From contig JBBQEJ010000005.1 of assembly GCA_038320555.1 (NCBI GenBank), positions 5,357 through 69,356 of the forward strand: a stretch of 64,000 bases of DNA. The letters run 5' to 3'. This DNA comes from Vicinamibacterales bacterium. Lineage in GTDB: Bacteria > Acidobacteriota > Vicinamibacteria > Vicinamibacterales > 2-12-FULL-66-21. The position numbers and the translations under genes are program-made. This document shows, piece by piece, positions 54,924-63,774 of this stretch (position 1 is the first letter of the stretch; every line of letters starts with the position of its first letter). The notes beneath the pieces are model-generated. The model was not told the origin of the DNA. It did no database searches and worked only from the letters and a program-made list of their open reading frames with translations.

Positions 54924-56786
54924 CTACGCCAGGCCATCAATGACCCCGAGCGCGCCTTCAATCGACTCGCTGGTGGTTGAAATCTGGAGGCCCTGGACCA
55001 GCGGGCGGATTTCAGCCGCAATCTCGCGGGCAATCGCCAGCCCTTCAGCCGCGGCCCGACCGTCCGCGTCTGCACGTCGCATCCGGTCCACCACCACCTC
55101 AGGTACGCGGACACCCGGTACCTCATTCGCCATGAACTCGGTGTGGCGCAGGCTTTCGAGGGGGGCAATGGCCGCAAGCACCGGAATGCGGAAAGCCTCG
55201 ATGCGGCGAAGGAAGCGCGCCAGCTCTTTGGCATCGAAGACGAGCTGAGTGATCGCGAACTCGGCCCCCGCCTTGACCTTGTACTCGAAGCGACGCAGTT
55301 CTTCGTCCGGATCCAGCGCGGCTGGATTGGCGGCGACACCGATATGAAACGCCGTGGGCACGCCGATGCTCTGTCCGCCGATATCCGATCCCCGATTGAG
55401 GGACGTGACCATGTTCGTGAGGCCGATCGAATCGACGTCGAACACGCCGGTCGCGTCCGGATAATCGCCGATCTGGGGCGGATCGCCGGTGATGAGCAGC
55501 AGATTGCGCACGCCCATCGAGTGCGCCCCCAGGAGGTCCGACTGCATTCCGAGAAGGTTTCGATCCCGGCACGCATAGTGAAGAATCGTCTCAACGCCGG
55601 CCTGCTGCTGCACCAGCACTGCGGCCGAGAGCGCGCTCATCCGCGCGCCGGCGCGCGGGCCGTCCGGGATATTCACCAGATCGACCCCGTGGATGCGAAG
55701 CTGCCGCGCCCGGTCGACCAGCGCCTCGGCGCGAAAGCCCCGCGGAGGCACCAACTCGACGCTGACGACAAACGCCGCGCGCGCGAGGCCGTTGGCCATC
55801 CGCGACTTCTCCGCCCGCGCCACCGGATCGACAAGCGGCGCCGCAGCCGGCGCGGTGCGGCCCGCGCCTGCCGACACGCGCTTCGAGCCCACGGCCACCG
55901 ATCCATTCGACGCGAGCGCCCGTACGGCCACTTTGATGTGCCGGATGTGCTCGGGCGTCGTGCCGCAACAGCCCCCGACGAGCCGCACGCCGTTGGTGAT
56001 GAAGCGGCGCGCGTACGACGCCATGTATTCGGGTGAACACAGATAGATGTTCCGGCCTTCAATCTCGCGCGGGCGTCCGGCGTTGGGCTGCGCCGACAGC
56101 TTCACCGTCGCCACGTGCGCCATCCGTTCGATACTTTCGAGCATCGCCGCCGGACCGACGCTGCAGTTGAGGCCCACAACCTGCGCTCCCAGACGCTCCA
56201 GTTCCGGCACGAAGGTCTCGGGTGCCGCGCCGTCGAGGCTGTTGCCGTCGTCTTCGGTTGTCACCTGAGCGACGATCGGCAGATCGCAGACGCTGCGGAC
56301 CGCGCGGATCGCCGCGCCGATTTCGTTCACGTCGCGGAACGTCTCGAGCACGAACAGGTCGACGCTCCCTTCGACGAGCGCACGGGCTTGCTCCCGGAAG
56401 AATTCCTCCGCTTCATCGACGCCGGTCTTGCCCCAGGGCTCGATGCGAATGCCGAGCGGACCGATCGCGCCCGCCACATATACCTGCTCGCGCGCCGCGT
56501 GGCGCGCGATCTTCGCCCCCTGAAGGTTGATCGTATGCACGCAATCCGCAAGCCCGTGCGCCCCGAGCTTGATCCGATTCGCGCCGAATGTGTTCGTTTC
56601 GATCACATCGGCGCCCGCCCGCACGTACGCCTGGTGGACGTCCGCGACGAGCTCGGGCTGCGTGAGGTTCAGCTCGTCGAACGACCGGTTCAGAAAGATG
56701 CCTCGTGCGTACAGCATCGTGCCCATCGCGCCGTCACAGACGAGCACACGCTGGTCGATCGCTTCAAGGAAGGAGAGCCTGGACAT
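54924..56786 (-). CDS. Bifunctional homocysteine S-methyltransferase / 5,10-methylenetetrahydrofolate reductase (YitJ-like)
   Basis: N-terminal Hcy-binding domain (VCDGAMGTMLY...ETNTFGAN...GGCCGTTPEHI) and a C-terminal MetF-like TIM barrel. Confidence 0.85.
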   Translation of the reverse strand: MSRLSFLEAIDQRVLVCDGAMGTMLYARGIFLNRSFDELNLTQPELVADVHQAYVRAGADVIETNTFGANRIKLGAHGLADCVHTINLQGAKIARHAAREQVYVAGAIGPLGIRIEPWGKTGVDEAEEFFREQARALVEGSVDLFVLETFRDVNEIGAAIRAVRSVCDLPIVAQVTTEDDGNSLDGAAPETFVPELERLGAQVVGLNCSVGPAAMLESIERMAHVATVKLSAQPNAGRPREIEGRNIYLCSPEYMASYARRFITNGVRLVGGCCGTTPEHIRHIKVAVRALASNGSVAVGSKRVSAGAGRTAPAAAPLVDPVARAEKSRMANGLARAAFVVSVELVPPRGFRAEALVDRARQLRIHGVDLVNIPDGPRAGARMSALSAAVLVQQQAGVETILHYACRDRNLLGMQSDLLGAHSMGVRNLLLITGDPPQIGDYPDATGVFDVDSIGLTNMVTSLNRGSDIGGQSIGVPTAFHIGVAANPAALDPDEELRRFEYKVKAGAEFAITQLVFDAKELARFLRRIEAFRIPVLAAIAPLESLRHTEFMANEVPGVRVPEVVVDRMRRADADGRAAAEGLAIAREIAAEIRPLVQGLQISTTSESIEGALGVIDGLA

Positions 56787-56792
56787 AAAACT

Positions 56793-57449
56793 CTACAACA
56801 CTACATGGTACTCCAACGTCGCCGCCTCGACGAGGAGGTAGGACCTCGAGACGAGATCGAGGCACACCGACCGCACGCCCTGCACCTCCATCTCCGTGAA
56901 GCGATGATGATGGCCAAACAGGTGCAGCCGCGGCTTCATTGCGCCAAGGATCTCGTTGATGGGCGTTTTGCCGGCGTCGTTGCCACGTCCGACACGAAAC
57001 GGCCGCGGCGCTTCGTGCGTGAGCAGGATGTCCACGCCCTGCATCCGTTTGCAGGCCTCCACCTCTCCCCGGACGAAATGGCGGCGGCGATCGGCCAGCT
57101 CGGTGGCTTTCGGCGAGCCTTTCTTCGGATGCGGCAGCTCGGAAGCCGCCATCTCGTATACCGTCGGCGCGAACGTCCCGCCAAGACCGGCGACGCGCAG
57201 CCCCGCGATGGACTCGAGCGTGCCGTTTGGAATGTGATGGTGGCCGGCGGGCAGATCGCCCGAGGCGATCAGATCGAAGTTCTCGTTGTTTCCTTTGATC
57301 CAGTAGAGGGGCGGGTCAAAAGGCTCGTAGCACCCCGAGGCGTCGGCGACGTCTCCGACCGACAGCCAGAAATTAACGTCGGGGTGTTGCCGCATGATGC
57401 GGCGCACGCTGGCGAAATCTCCGTGAATGTCACCTAAGGCGCCAAACAT
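56793..57449 (-). CDS. Metallophosphoesterase
   Basis: GDIHGD...VGDVAD...GNNE...GHHH. Confidence 0.75.
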   Translation of the reverse strand: MFGALGDIHGDFASVRRIMRQHPDVNFWLSVGDVADASGCYEPFDPPLYWIKGNNENFDLIASGDLPAGHHHIPNGTLESIAGLRVAGLGGTFAPTVYEMAASELPHPKKGSPKATELADRRRHFVRGEVEACKRMQGVDILLTHEAPRPFRVGRGNDAGKTPINEILGAMKPRLHLFGHHHRFTEMEVQGVRSVCLDLVSRSYLLVEAATLEYHVVL

Positions 57450-57455
57450 GCATTC

Positions 57456-57507
57456 GGTGAATTCGTGAATGACTGGGTTGGTGAATTCACCTATTCACGA
57501 ATTCACC
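57456..57507. repeat. Perfect 15-bp inverted repeat (GGTGAATTCGTGAAT / ATTCACGAATTCACC), 22-nt loop
   Basis: Arms at 57456-57470 and 57493-57507. Embedded in 8-bp-phased GTGAATTC/GAATTCAC words between nuoI and the next gene. Confidence 0.85.
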
Positions 57508-57519
57508 AATTCGCCGATT

Positions 57520-57957
57520 TCATTTGCTCGTCGTCGCCGGGACGAGCAAGTCGGCCTTGTCCCAGATGAAGTCCTTGTTGCTGTAAACGGCGAGCTCGTA
57601 GTCCTTGCCCATGAAGATCGCCGACACCGGGCAGGCCTCTTCGCAGTAGCCGCAAAAGATGCAGCGCGTTTTGTGGATCTGGTAGACCTTGGCGTAGCGT
57701 GGCCCCGCCTGCACCGACCCGTCGTTTTCGGCCGCCTCCAGGTAAATCGCGTCCGCCGGACACGCCACCGCGCACAGCCCGCACGCGACGCACTTCTCGA
57801 GGCCGTCCTCGTCGCGCATCAGGACCTGTTTTCCACGGTATTTCGGGAAAACCGGAATCTTCTGGTCCGGGTAATTGACCGTGATGGGTTTTCTGAAAAT
57901 GTGCTTCAGCGTGGTCGCGAAGCCGACAATGAACGGACGAATCATGCCTGCGATCAT
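57520..57957 (-). CDS. nuoI: NADH-quinone oxidoreductase subunit I (2x[4Fe-4S]), not in a nuo operon
   Basis: TLKHIFRKPITVNYPDQKIPVFPKYRGKQVL, CVACGLCAVACP, CIFCGYCEEACP. Confidence 0.85.
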   Translation of the reverse strand: MIAGMIRPFIVGFATTLKHIFRKPITVNYPDQKIPVFPKYRGKQVLMRDEDGLEKCVACGLCAVACPADAIYLEAAENDGSVQAGPRYAKVYQIHKTRCIFCGYCEEACPVSAIFMGKDYELAVYSNKDFIWDKADLLVPATTSK

Positions 57958-57965
57958 ATATCAAA

Positions 57966-58021
57966 GGGACAAGGGACAAGAGACACGGGACAGGAGAGAG
58001 GGGAAAAAGAGAAAAGGGAAA
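57966..58021. repeat. Tandem purine-only heptamer array x8
   Basis: gggacaa gggacaa gagacac gggacag gagagag gggaaaa agagaaa agggaaa. Located in the divergent nuoI/lytS spacer. Confidence 0.85.
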
Positions 58022-58047
58022 AGCGCCTGCAAAGCCAGGCGTTATAA

Positions 58048-59388
58048 TTGAAAGACTCAATGCCACAGGCCACGAAAGCGCTTACGGCCGGGCAGTTCCT
58101 GCTCACGACGCTTGTCGTGAAGGTCGCGATCGTCGCGATCCTCTCTACGATGCTCGTACGGTTTCCATGGTTCCGGCGTATCCTGCTCACCGAGAAGCGG
58201 GACTGGCCGGAGCGCCTGATCTTCGCTGCCAGCCTCGGCGTACCGCTCACCGCTGGCGTCGTCGCGCGCCTCCTCATCAACTACGACGCGGCGGACCTGA
58301 CACTGGCCGGCGCCTTCCTCGCCGGGCTGCTCGCCGGTCCGTACGCAGGCGCCATCGTCGGCTCGATGGTCGGGATCCCGCCGCTCATTGCCGGGGAATG
58401 GATTGCGCTGCCGTTCGCCGTGGGGTGCGGGTTTGCCGGCGGCGGCCTGCGTGAGATTTGCCCCAAGGAAGCGATCTGGCACTTTTCGCCGCTGTTCTTC
58501 ACAGACCTCCATCGCCACGTGTGGCGCCTCGTGCGTCGCTTTCAAATCGACTGGGTCGTGATCCTGCTGGCAGCACCGATTGGGCTCGAGATCCTTCGGC
58601 AGTTTCTCGGTGACAGGTTCCACGAAAACAGGATCTTTTACCTCGCTCCGCCTGCCGGCGAAGCCTGGTTTGCCGTACTGATCGTGCTGGCCACGGTGTT
58701 GTGCGTCGCGATCCCGATCAAGATCTGGAACAGCGCGCGGATCGAGCACCGGCTGCAGGAACAGGAAAAGCTGCTGATGGCGGCACGCGTCGAGGCGCTG
58801 GCCAGCCAGATCAATCCGCACTTTCTCTTCAACACGCTGACATCGATCTCCTCGCTCATCCGATCGCAACCCGAGACCGCCCGGATGCTGATCGTGAAGC
58901 TGTCAGGTCTCCTCCGCCGGCTGCTCCGCAGCCAGGAGCATTTCGTGACGCTGCGCGAAGAGCTCGAGGCGATCGACGAGTATCTCGACATCGAGAGCAT
59001 CCGCTTCGGCCCGAAGCTGCGCATCGAGAAATCCATCGATCCCGACAGCCTCGACGTGGTCATGCCGAGCATGCTCCTCCAGCCGCTCATCGAGAACTCC
59101 ATCAAGCACGGGCTCTCGCCGAAAATCGGAGAGGGGCGGATTACGATTCGCAGCTCACGGCAGAACGGCCACGCGATCATCGACATCATCGACAACGGCG
59201 TCGGCGTCTCGACCAGTCATGTCGATCGCGTCAAGTCGGGCGGGATCGGACTGCGTAACGTCAACGAGCGTCTGCGGGTCATCTACGGCGCAAACTATCA
59301 GCTGCAGCTCGACAGCGTCCCGGGCGAAGGTACTTGTGCGCGGATTGTCATTCCCGAGCTCGTGGTCCCGTCGAAGATCACCGCGTAG
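58048..59388 (+). CDS. LytS/YehU-family sensor histidine kinase
   Basis: N-terminal multi-TM (5TMR-LYT-like) domain, QINPHFLFNTLTSISSLI, and a C-terminal HATPase (DNGVG...GGIGLRNV). Confidence 0.85.
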   Translation: MKDSMPQATKALTAGQFLLTTLVVKVAIVAILSTMLVRFPWFRRILLTEKRDWPERLIFAASLGVPLTAGVVARLLINYDAADLTLAGAFLAGLLAGPYAGAIVGSMVGIPPLIAGEWIALPFAVGCGFAGGGLREICPKEAIWHFSPLFFTDLHRHVWRLVRRFQIDWVVILLAAPIGLEILRQFLGDRFHENRIFYLAPPAGEAWFAVLIVLATVLCVAIPIKIWNSARIEHRLQEQEKLLMAARVEALASQINPHFLFNTLTSISSLIRSQPETARMLIVKLSGLLRRLLRSQEHFVTLREELEAIDEYLDIESIRFGPKLRIEKSIDPDSLDVVMPSMLLQPLIENSIKHGLSPKIGEGRITIRSSRQNGHAIIDIIDNGVGVSTSHVDRVKSGGIGLRNVNERLRVIYGANYQLQLDSVPGEGTCARIVIPELVVPSKITA

Positions 59389-59392
59389 AACC

Positions 59393-60184
59393 ATGGACGG
59401 GCAAACGCTTCGAACGATCGTGGTCGACGACGAGCAGCTGGCGCGCGAGGAGCTGTGCTTTCTCATCGGGCAGCTGGACGAGGTGGACGTCGTCGGGCAG
59501 GCGGGCAACGGCATCGAAGCGCTCCGGGTTGTCGAGGAGCAGTCTCCCGACCTTGTCATGCTCGATGTGCAGATGCCCGGGCTCACCGGTTTCGAGGTTG
59601 CGCGCCGGCTGCTGCGGGCGGGGATCGATGCGCAGTTCATCTTCGTGACCGCCTACGATCAGCACGCCATCGAGGCCTTCGAGGTGAACGCGGTCGACTA
59701 CCTGCTGAAACCTGTGGAAGCTGAGCGGCTGGCGACGGCGGTGGACCGCGCGCGCCGCCGGATTCAGACGGATCGGCCGGCCGCCAAAGGACGATCGGTA
59801 GACGAAATGGAACGGCTCCTGCTGCTGTTGTCGGATCGGCAGGACCGGCGCGAGCAGCTCGCCCTCAAGGTCGCGGATCGCTTCCTGCTGGTCCAATCGG
59901 ACGAGGTGGTTCACGCCTCGGTCGAAGACGATGTCATCACGGTTGTAACGAACAGCTTGTCTGGAACGTCCAACTATCGGACACTGGATGAACTGCAGGC
60001 GCGCCTCGACCCCGCGGTGTTCTGGCGGGTGCATCGGTCGCACCTCGTAAATATTAATAAAATCAAGGAGATAGTGCCCTGGTTCAGCCGAAACTACATC
60101 CTGAAGATGCGGGACGGCAAGGGCACCGAAATCCCGGTGAGCCGATCGCAGACCAAACGGCTCCGTGAGTATTTAAGGTTATGA
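59393..60184 (+). CDS. LytTR-family response regulator
   Basis: Receiver domain (IVVDDEQLAREEL...MLDVQMPGLTG) and LytTR domain (FWRVHRSHLVNINKI). Confidence 0.85.
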   Translation: MDGQTLRTIVVDDEQLAREELCFLIGQLDEVDVVGQAGNGIEALRVVEEQSPDLVMLDVQMPGLTGFEVARRLLRAGIDAQFIFVTAYDQHAIEAFEVNAVDYLLKPVEAERLATAVDRARRRIQTDRPAAKGRSVDEMERLLLLLSDRQDRREQLALKVADRFLLVQSDEVVHASVEDDVITVVTNSLSGTSNYRTLDELQARLDPAVFWRVHRSHLVNINKIKEIVPWFSRNYILKMRDGKGTEIPVSRSQTKRLREYLRL

Positions 60185-60894
60185 GCAACCAGTACGACCC
60201 GTATGCACCGCCGCCCCCACAGCCGGCTCCGTACAACTCCTCGCAGCCGATGCCGGCCGCCGATGCTCTGACAGCACCGGAACAGATCGTGTCGACCGAG
60301 CCGGTCCCGGCCCTGGCGGGCGGGATTCCGGCCCCACCCGATGCGCGTCTGGCGATCGACGGCGGCGCGCTGCGGATGGAACGTGTGGTCGAGGAGCTGA
60401 TCGCGTGGCTGAAAACGCTCGCGTCAGCCGCTGTTTACGCCACGCTCATCGTCACCTTCGGCTTTCAGGTGGCTCGCGTGGAAGGGCACAGCATGGCGCC
60501 GACGCTTGCCGACCAGGATCGCCTGATCGTCAACAAACTGGCGTATCGGATCGGCGAACCGCGCATCGGCGATATCGTCATGCTGTACTACCCGAACGAT
60601 CCGAACAAGTCGTTCGTGAAGCGCGTGATCGCCGAGGAAGGCGACCAGGTCCGCATCGTCGACGGTAAGGTGTACCGCAACGACATCCTCCTCGATGATT
60701 CATTTATTGCGCCCGACTTCCGCAGCCACGACGACTGGGGTCCGCAGGTGATTCCGGAAGGCTACTATTTTGTAATGGGGGACCACCGCAACAACAGCTC
60801 CGACAGCCGTCACTGGGGCTTCGTGCCGAAGAAGTACATCATCGGCAGGGTACAGTTGCGCTGGTGGCCGCTCGCACACGCGCGGATGTTCTAG
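60181..60894 (+). CDS. lepB: Signal peptidase I
   Basis: EGHSMAPTL, SFVKRVIA, GDHRNNSSDSRHWGFV. Pro-rich N-terminal extension. ATGA overlap with the regulator gene. Confidence 0.85.
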   Translation: MSNQYDPYAPPPPQPAPYNSSQPMPAADALTAPEQIVSTEPVPALAGGIPAPPDARLAIDGGALRMERVVEELIAWLKTLASAAVYATLIVTFGFQVARVEGHSMAPTLADQDRLIVNKLAYRIGEPRIGDIVMLYYPNDPNKSFVKRVIAEEGDQVRIVDGKVYRNDILLDDSFIAPDFRSHDDWGPQVIPEGYYFVMGDHRNNSSDSRHWGFVPKKYIIGRVQLRWWPLAHARMF

Positions 60895-61781
60895 TCCTGG
60901 CCCGCAACGACGCGGTCAACCGCGTCCTTTTTCGTGTTCTCATCCTGAACCTGGCGGTGGCGGTGGCGAAGCTGATGCTTGGCTACGCCACAGGCGCCGT
61001 CAGCGTCATCTCGGACGGATTCCACTCGTTGACCGATGCGGCGTCGAACGTGATGGGGCTCGTGGGACTTCGCGCCTCGCTCAAGCCGCCCGACGACGAT
61101 CATCCTTACGGCCATCGCAAGTACGAGACGCTCGCGGCGGCCGGTATTTTCATCTTCCTGCTGTTCGTCGTCGTCGAGGTCAGCCGGTCCGCGCTCAACC
61201 GCCTGGCCGGCGGAGCGGCGCCGCGCGTCACGATCACGAGCTTCGGGGTGATGATTGTGACGCTGGTGATCAACCTGTTGGTCGTGCGCTACGAAGGGAG
61301 CGAAGGACGCCGGCTGCACAGCGAGCTGCTGCACGCCGACGCGATGGCCACCAGGAGCGATGTGCTGACGTCGTGCGCGGTGCTGATTTCGCTGGCCGCG
61401 GTGTGGCTCGGCTATCCCGTGCTGGATCCGATCGGCGGCCTGCTGATCGCGGTCTTTATCGCGCGGACCGGGTGGGAAATCGCGCGCGACACGTCGCGCG
61501 TCCTGTCCGATCGCGCCGTGCTTGCGGAAGATGATATCCGCCGGGTTGTGATGAGCTCACCCGGCGTCGTGGGCTGCCACCACATCCGCTCCCGCGGGTC
61601 GGCCGATCATACGTTCGTCGATCTGCACGTCTGGTATCCGCCCGACATGCCGCTCCACGAGGCCCACCGGCTGTCGCACATCCTGAAAGACCAGCTGATG
61701 TCGACGTATCCGCAGATCGCCGACGCGATCATCCACATCGAGCCTCCGCCGGGGGGGCAATCACTAAGCACTAATCCTTGA
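60864..61781 (+). CDS. Cation diffusion facilitator (CDF) metal efflux transporter
   Basis: ISDGFHSLTDAASN, HADAMATRSDVL, and a C-terminal cytoplasmic domain. The GTG start overlaps lepB by 31 nt. Confidence 0.8.
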   Translation: MAARTRADVLVLARNDAVNRVLFRVLILNLAVAVAKLMLGYATGAVSVISDGFHSLTDAASNVMGLVGLRASLKPPDDDHPYGHRKYETLAAAGIFIFLLFVVVEVSRSALNRLAGGAAPRVTITSFGVMIVTLVINLLVVRYEGSEGRRLHSELLHADAMATRSDVLTSCAVLISLAAVWLGYPVLDPIGGLLIAVFIARTGWEIARDTSRVLSDRAVLAEDDIRRVVMSSPGVVGCHHIRSRGSADHTFVDLHVWYPPDMPLHEAHRLSHILKDQLMSTYPQIADAIIHIEPPPGGQSLSTNP

Positions 61782-61782
61782 A

Positions 61783-61807
61783 CCGCCAGCCGCCAGCCGC
61801 CAGCCGC
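61783..61807. repeat. Perfect tandem heptamer (CCGCCAG) x3.6
   Basis: ccgccag ccgccag ccgccag ccgc. It exactly fills the gap between the convergent CDF and acyl-CoA ligase genes. Confidence 0.9.
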
Positions 61808-63648
61808 TAATCGTGATACAGCGCCTCGATTTGATCGTGCCACCGTTGCTCGACGACCTTGCGCTTCACTTTAAGGGTTGGCGTCAGCTCGCCGGACTCG
61901 ACGGTGAACTCCGCGGGTAACAAGGCGAGCCGCTTGATGCGCTCGAACTGCGACAGGTCGCGATTGAGCGCGTCCACAACTTCCTGGTATAACGCGACGA
62001 CGTCCGGACGCGTGACAAGATCGTCGCGAGTCCCGGGCGGCCGCCCCAGATCTTTCAGGCGGCGCTCAAGCGCCGGGAACTCGGGCACGATCAGGACAGC
62101 CGCATATTTCCGGCGATCGCCGAGCAGGACGGCTTCGCCGACGAGCGGGCTGCGCCTCAGCACGCCCTCGATCGGCTGCGGCGCGATCTTCTTCCCGCCC
62201 GAGGTGACGAGCAGATCCTTCTTGCGATCGGTAATCGTGAGGTAGCCCTCCCCATCGATCTGCCCGATGTCGCCGGTATGAAACCATCCGTCCTGCAAGG
62301 CCTCTGCCGTCGCTTCGGGCTTGTTCAAATAGCCGCGCATGACGTTCGGCCCACGAGCCAGAATCTCTCCGTCGTCCGCAATCCGGAGTTCCACGCCGGC
62401 AATCGGACGGCCCACCGTGCCGACGCGCAGCGCGTGCAGCGGGTTGAACGTCAGGATGGGCGCCGTCTCGGTCAGTCCGTAACCTTCGATGATGGGCACG
62501 CCGATGGCCTGAAAGAACTCCATCACGCTGGCGGCGAGAGGGGCGCTTCCCGACGCCACGAAACGCAGTCGTCCGCCCAGCTTTTCGCGAATCGTCGAGA
62601 ACACCAGCCGCTCGCCGATCGCGTTTTTCAGCGACGTGATCGGACCGGCCGTCCGGCCCCGCAGGACCGCGCGGGCCCGGTCCAGCCCCGCGTTCACGGC
62701 CCATCGGAACATTGCGGCCTTGATGCCGCCGGTCTTCTGGCCCGTCTCCAGGATGCGCGCGTGGAGCTTCTCGTATACGCGCGGCACACCGGTCAGGACC
62801 GTCGGCCGGACGCGGGCAAGATCGCGCGCGATGGTCTCGAAGGATTCGGCGAAGACAATCGTGACGCCGGAAAACAAAAAGATGTACGCCACCATGCGCT
62901 CGAACGCATGGCTCAGCGGCAGGAACGACAACGCCACGTCGTCCTGCGAGATCTCGAGCGCGGCGGCCGCGGCGCGCATGTTGGCTACGAGGTTCGCGTG
63001 CGTCAGCATGACACCCTTGGGCTCGCCCGTGGTGCCCGAGGTGTAAATGACGGTCGCCAGGCTGTCGGCGGCCACGGCGCGCGCGCCGTCCCGAAATTCG
63101 CGGGCCGCGCCCCACTCTCCCGTCATCCGCGCGTGTCCGCGACGCTCGACCTCCTCGAGCGGCAGGACCGACGCGTCAGGCGGGGCGCCGGCCGCGGCCG
63201 CCGTGTCCATCACGACGATGGCCTCGAGCGTCGGAAAGAGATGCCGCACCTCCTGCGCCTTCTCGAGCTGCAGGCGCGTCGAGACGATTGCGAGCCTGGC
63301 ACCGGAATCCTGAAGGATGTAGCGAGCCTGCGACGCGGACAGCGTGGGATAGATCGGCACGGTGACCGCACCAGCCGCGAGGACCGCCAGATCGCACAGG
63401 AGCCACTCCGGCCGGCTCTCCGCGATGATCGCCACGCGATCGCCGCCCGACACGCCAATCGAACGGAGTCCCAGCGAGAGATCGCGGATGCGCTCGAACA
63501 CGTCCTTGCTTGAAAGCCAGACGATGTCGTCGCCGCGGCAACGGCCGATCGTGTGCGGCCTGGGAAACCGTCCCATCATGTGGAACGGCAGATCCGCGAT
63601 CGTGTTCACAGCGGTGTCGATCTCGACATCCTGGTCGTCAGCGGTCAT
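61807..63648 (-). CDS. Long-chain-fatty-acid--CoA ligase (AMP-dependent synthetase)
   Basis: YTSGTTGEPKGVMLTH, GYGLTE, TGDIG...DRKKDL. Start taken at MTADDQD (63648); the ORF opens at 63705. Confidence 0.85.
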   Translation of the reverse strand: MTADDQDVEIDTAVNTIADLPFHMMGRFPRPHTIGRCRGDDIVWLSSKDVFERIRDLSLGLRSIGVSGGDRVAIIAESRPEWLLCDLAVLAAGAVTVPIYPTLSASQARYILQDSGARLAIVSTRLQLEKAQEVRHLFPTLEAIVVMDTAAAAGAPPDASVLPLEEVERRGHARMTGEWGAAREFRDGARAVAADSLATVIYTSGTTGEPKGVMLTHANLVANMRAAAAALEISQDDVALSFLPLSHAFERMVAYIFLFSGVTIVFAESFETIARDLARVRPTVLTGVPRVYEKLHARILETGQKTGGIKAAMFRWAVNAGLDRARAVLRGRTAGPITSLKNAIGERLVFSTIREKLGGRLRFVASGSAPLAASVMEFFQAIGVPIIEGYGLTETAPILTFNPLHALRVGTVGRPIAGVELRIADDGEILARGPNVMRGYLNKPEATAEALQDGWFHTGDIGQIDGEGYLTITDRKKDLLVTSGGKKIAPQPIEGVLRRSPLVGEAVLLGDRRKYAAVLIVPEFPALERRLKDLGRPPGTRDDLVTRPDVVALYQEVVDALNRDLSQFERIKRLALLPAEFTVESGELTPTLKVKRKVVEQRWHDQIEALYHD

Positions 63649-63774
63649 CAACGGGCGCAGCGTAGCACAATCATTTCCGGCCCTGTCGCTGAAAGATCCG
63701 AACACGAGAACGAGAGAACGGGAGAGACAGCGTCTGTCGCTGATTGACGTGTGCGCGCGCTACAATGGCACTTT

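Noticed and set aside
57966-58021. Tandem word arrays considered as a possible CRISPR array
   Set aside because: The units are 7-10 bp with no unique spacers and no 25-40 bp repeat/spacer periodicity. No cas genes are present in the window.
63743-63766. A sigma-70 -35/-10 pair TTGACG ... TACAAT upstream of rex
   Set aside because: The spacer between the two hexamers is only 11 nt, incompatible with the roughly 17-nt requirement. Only the -10-like element is retained as an observation.
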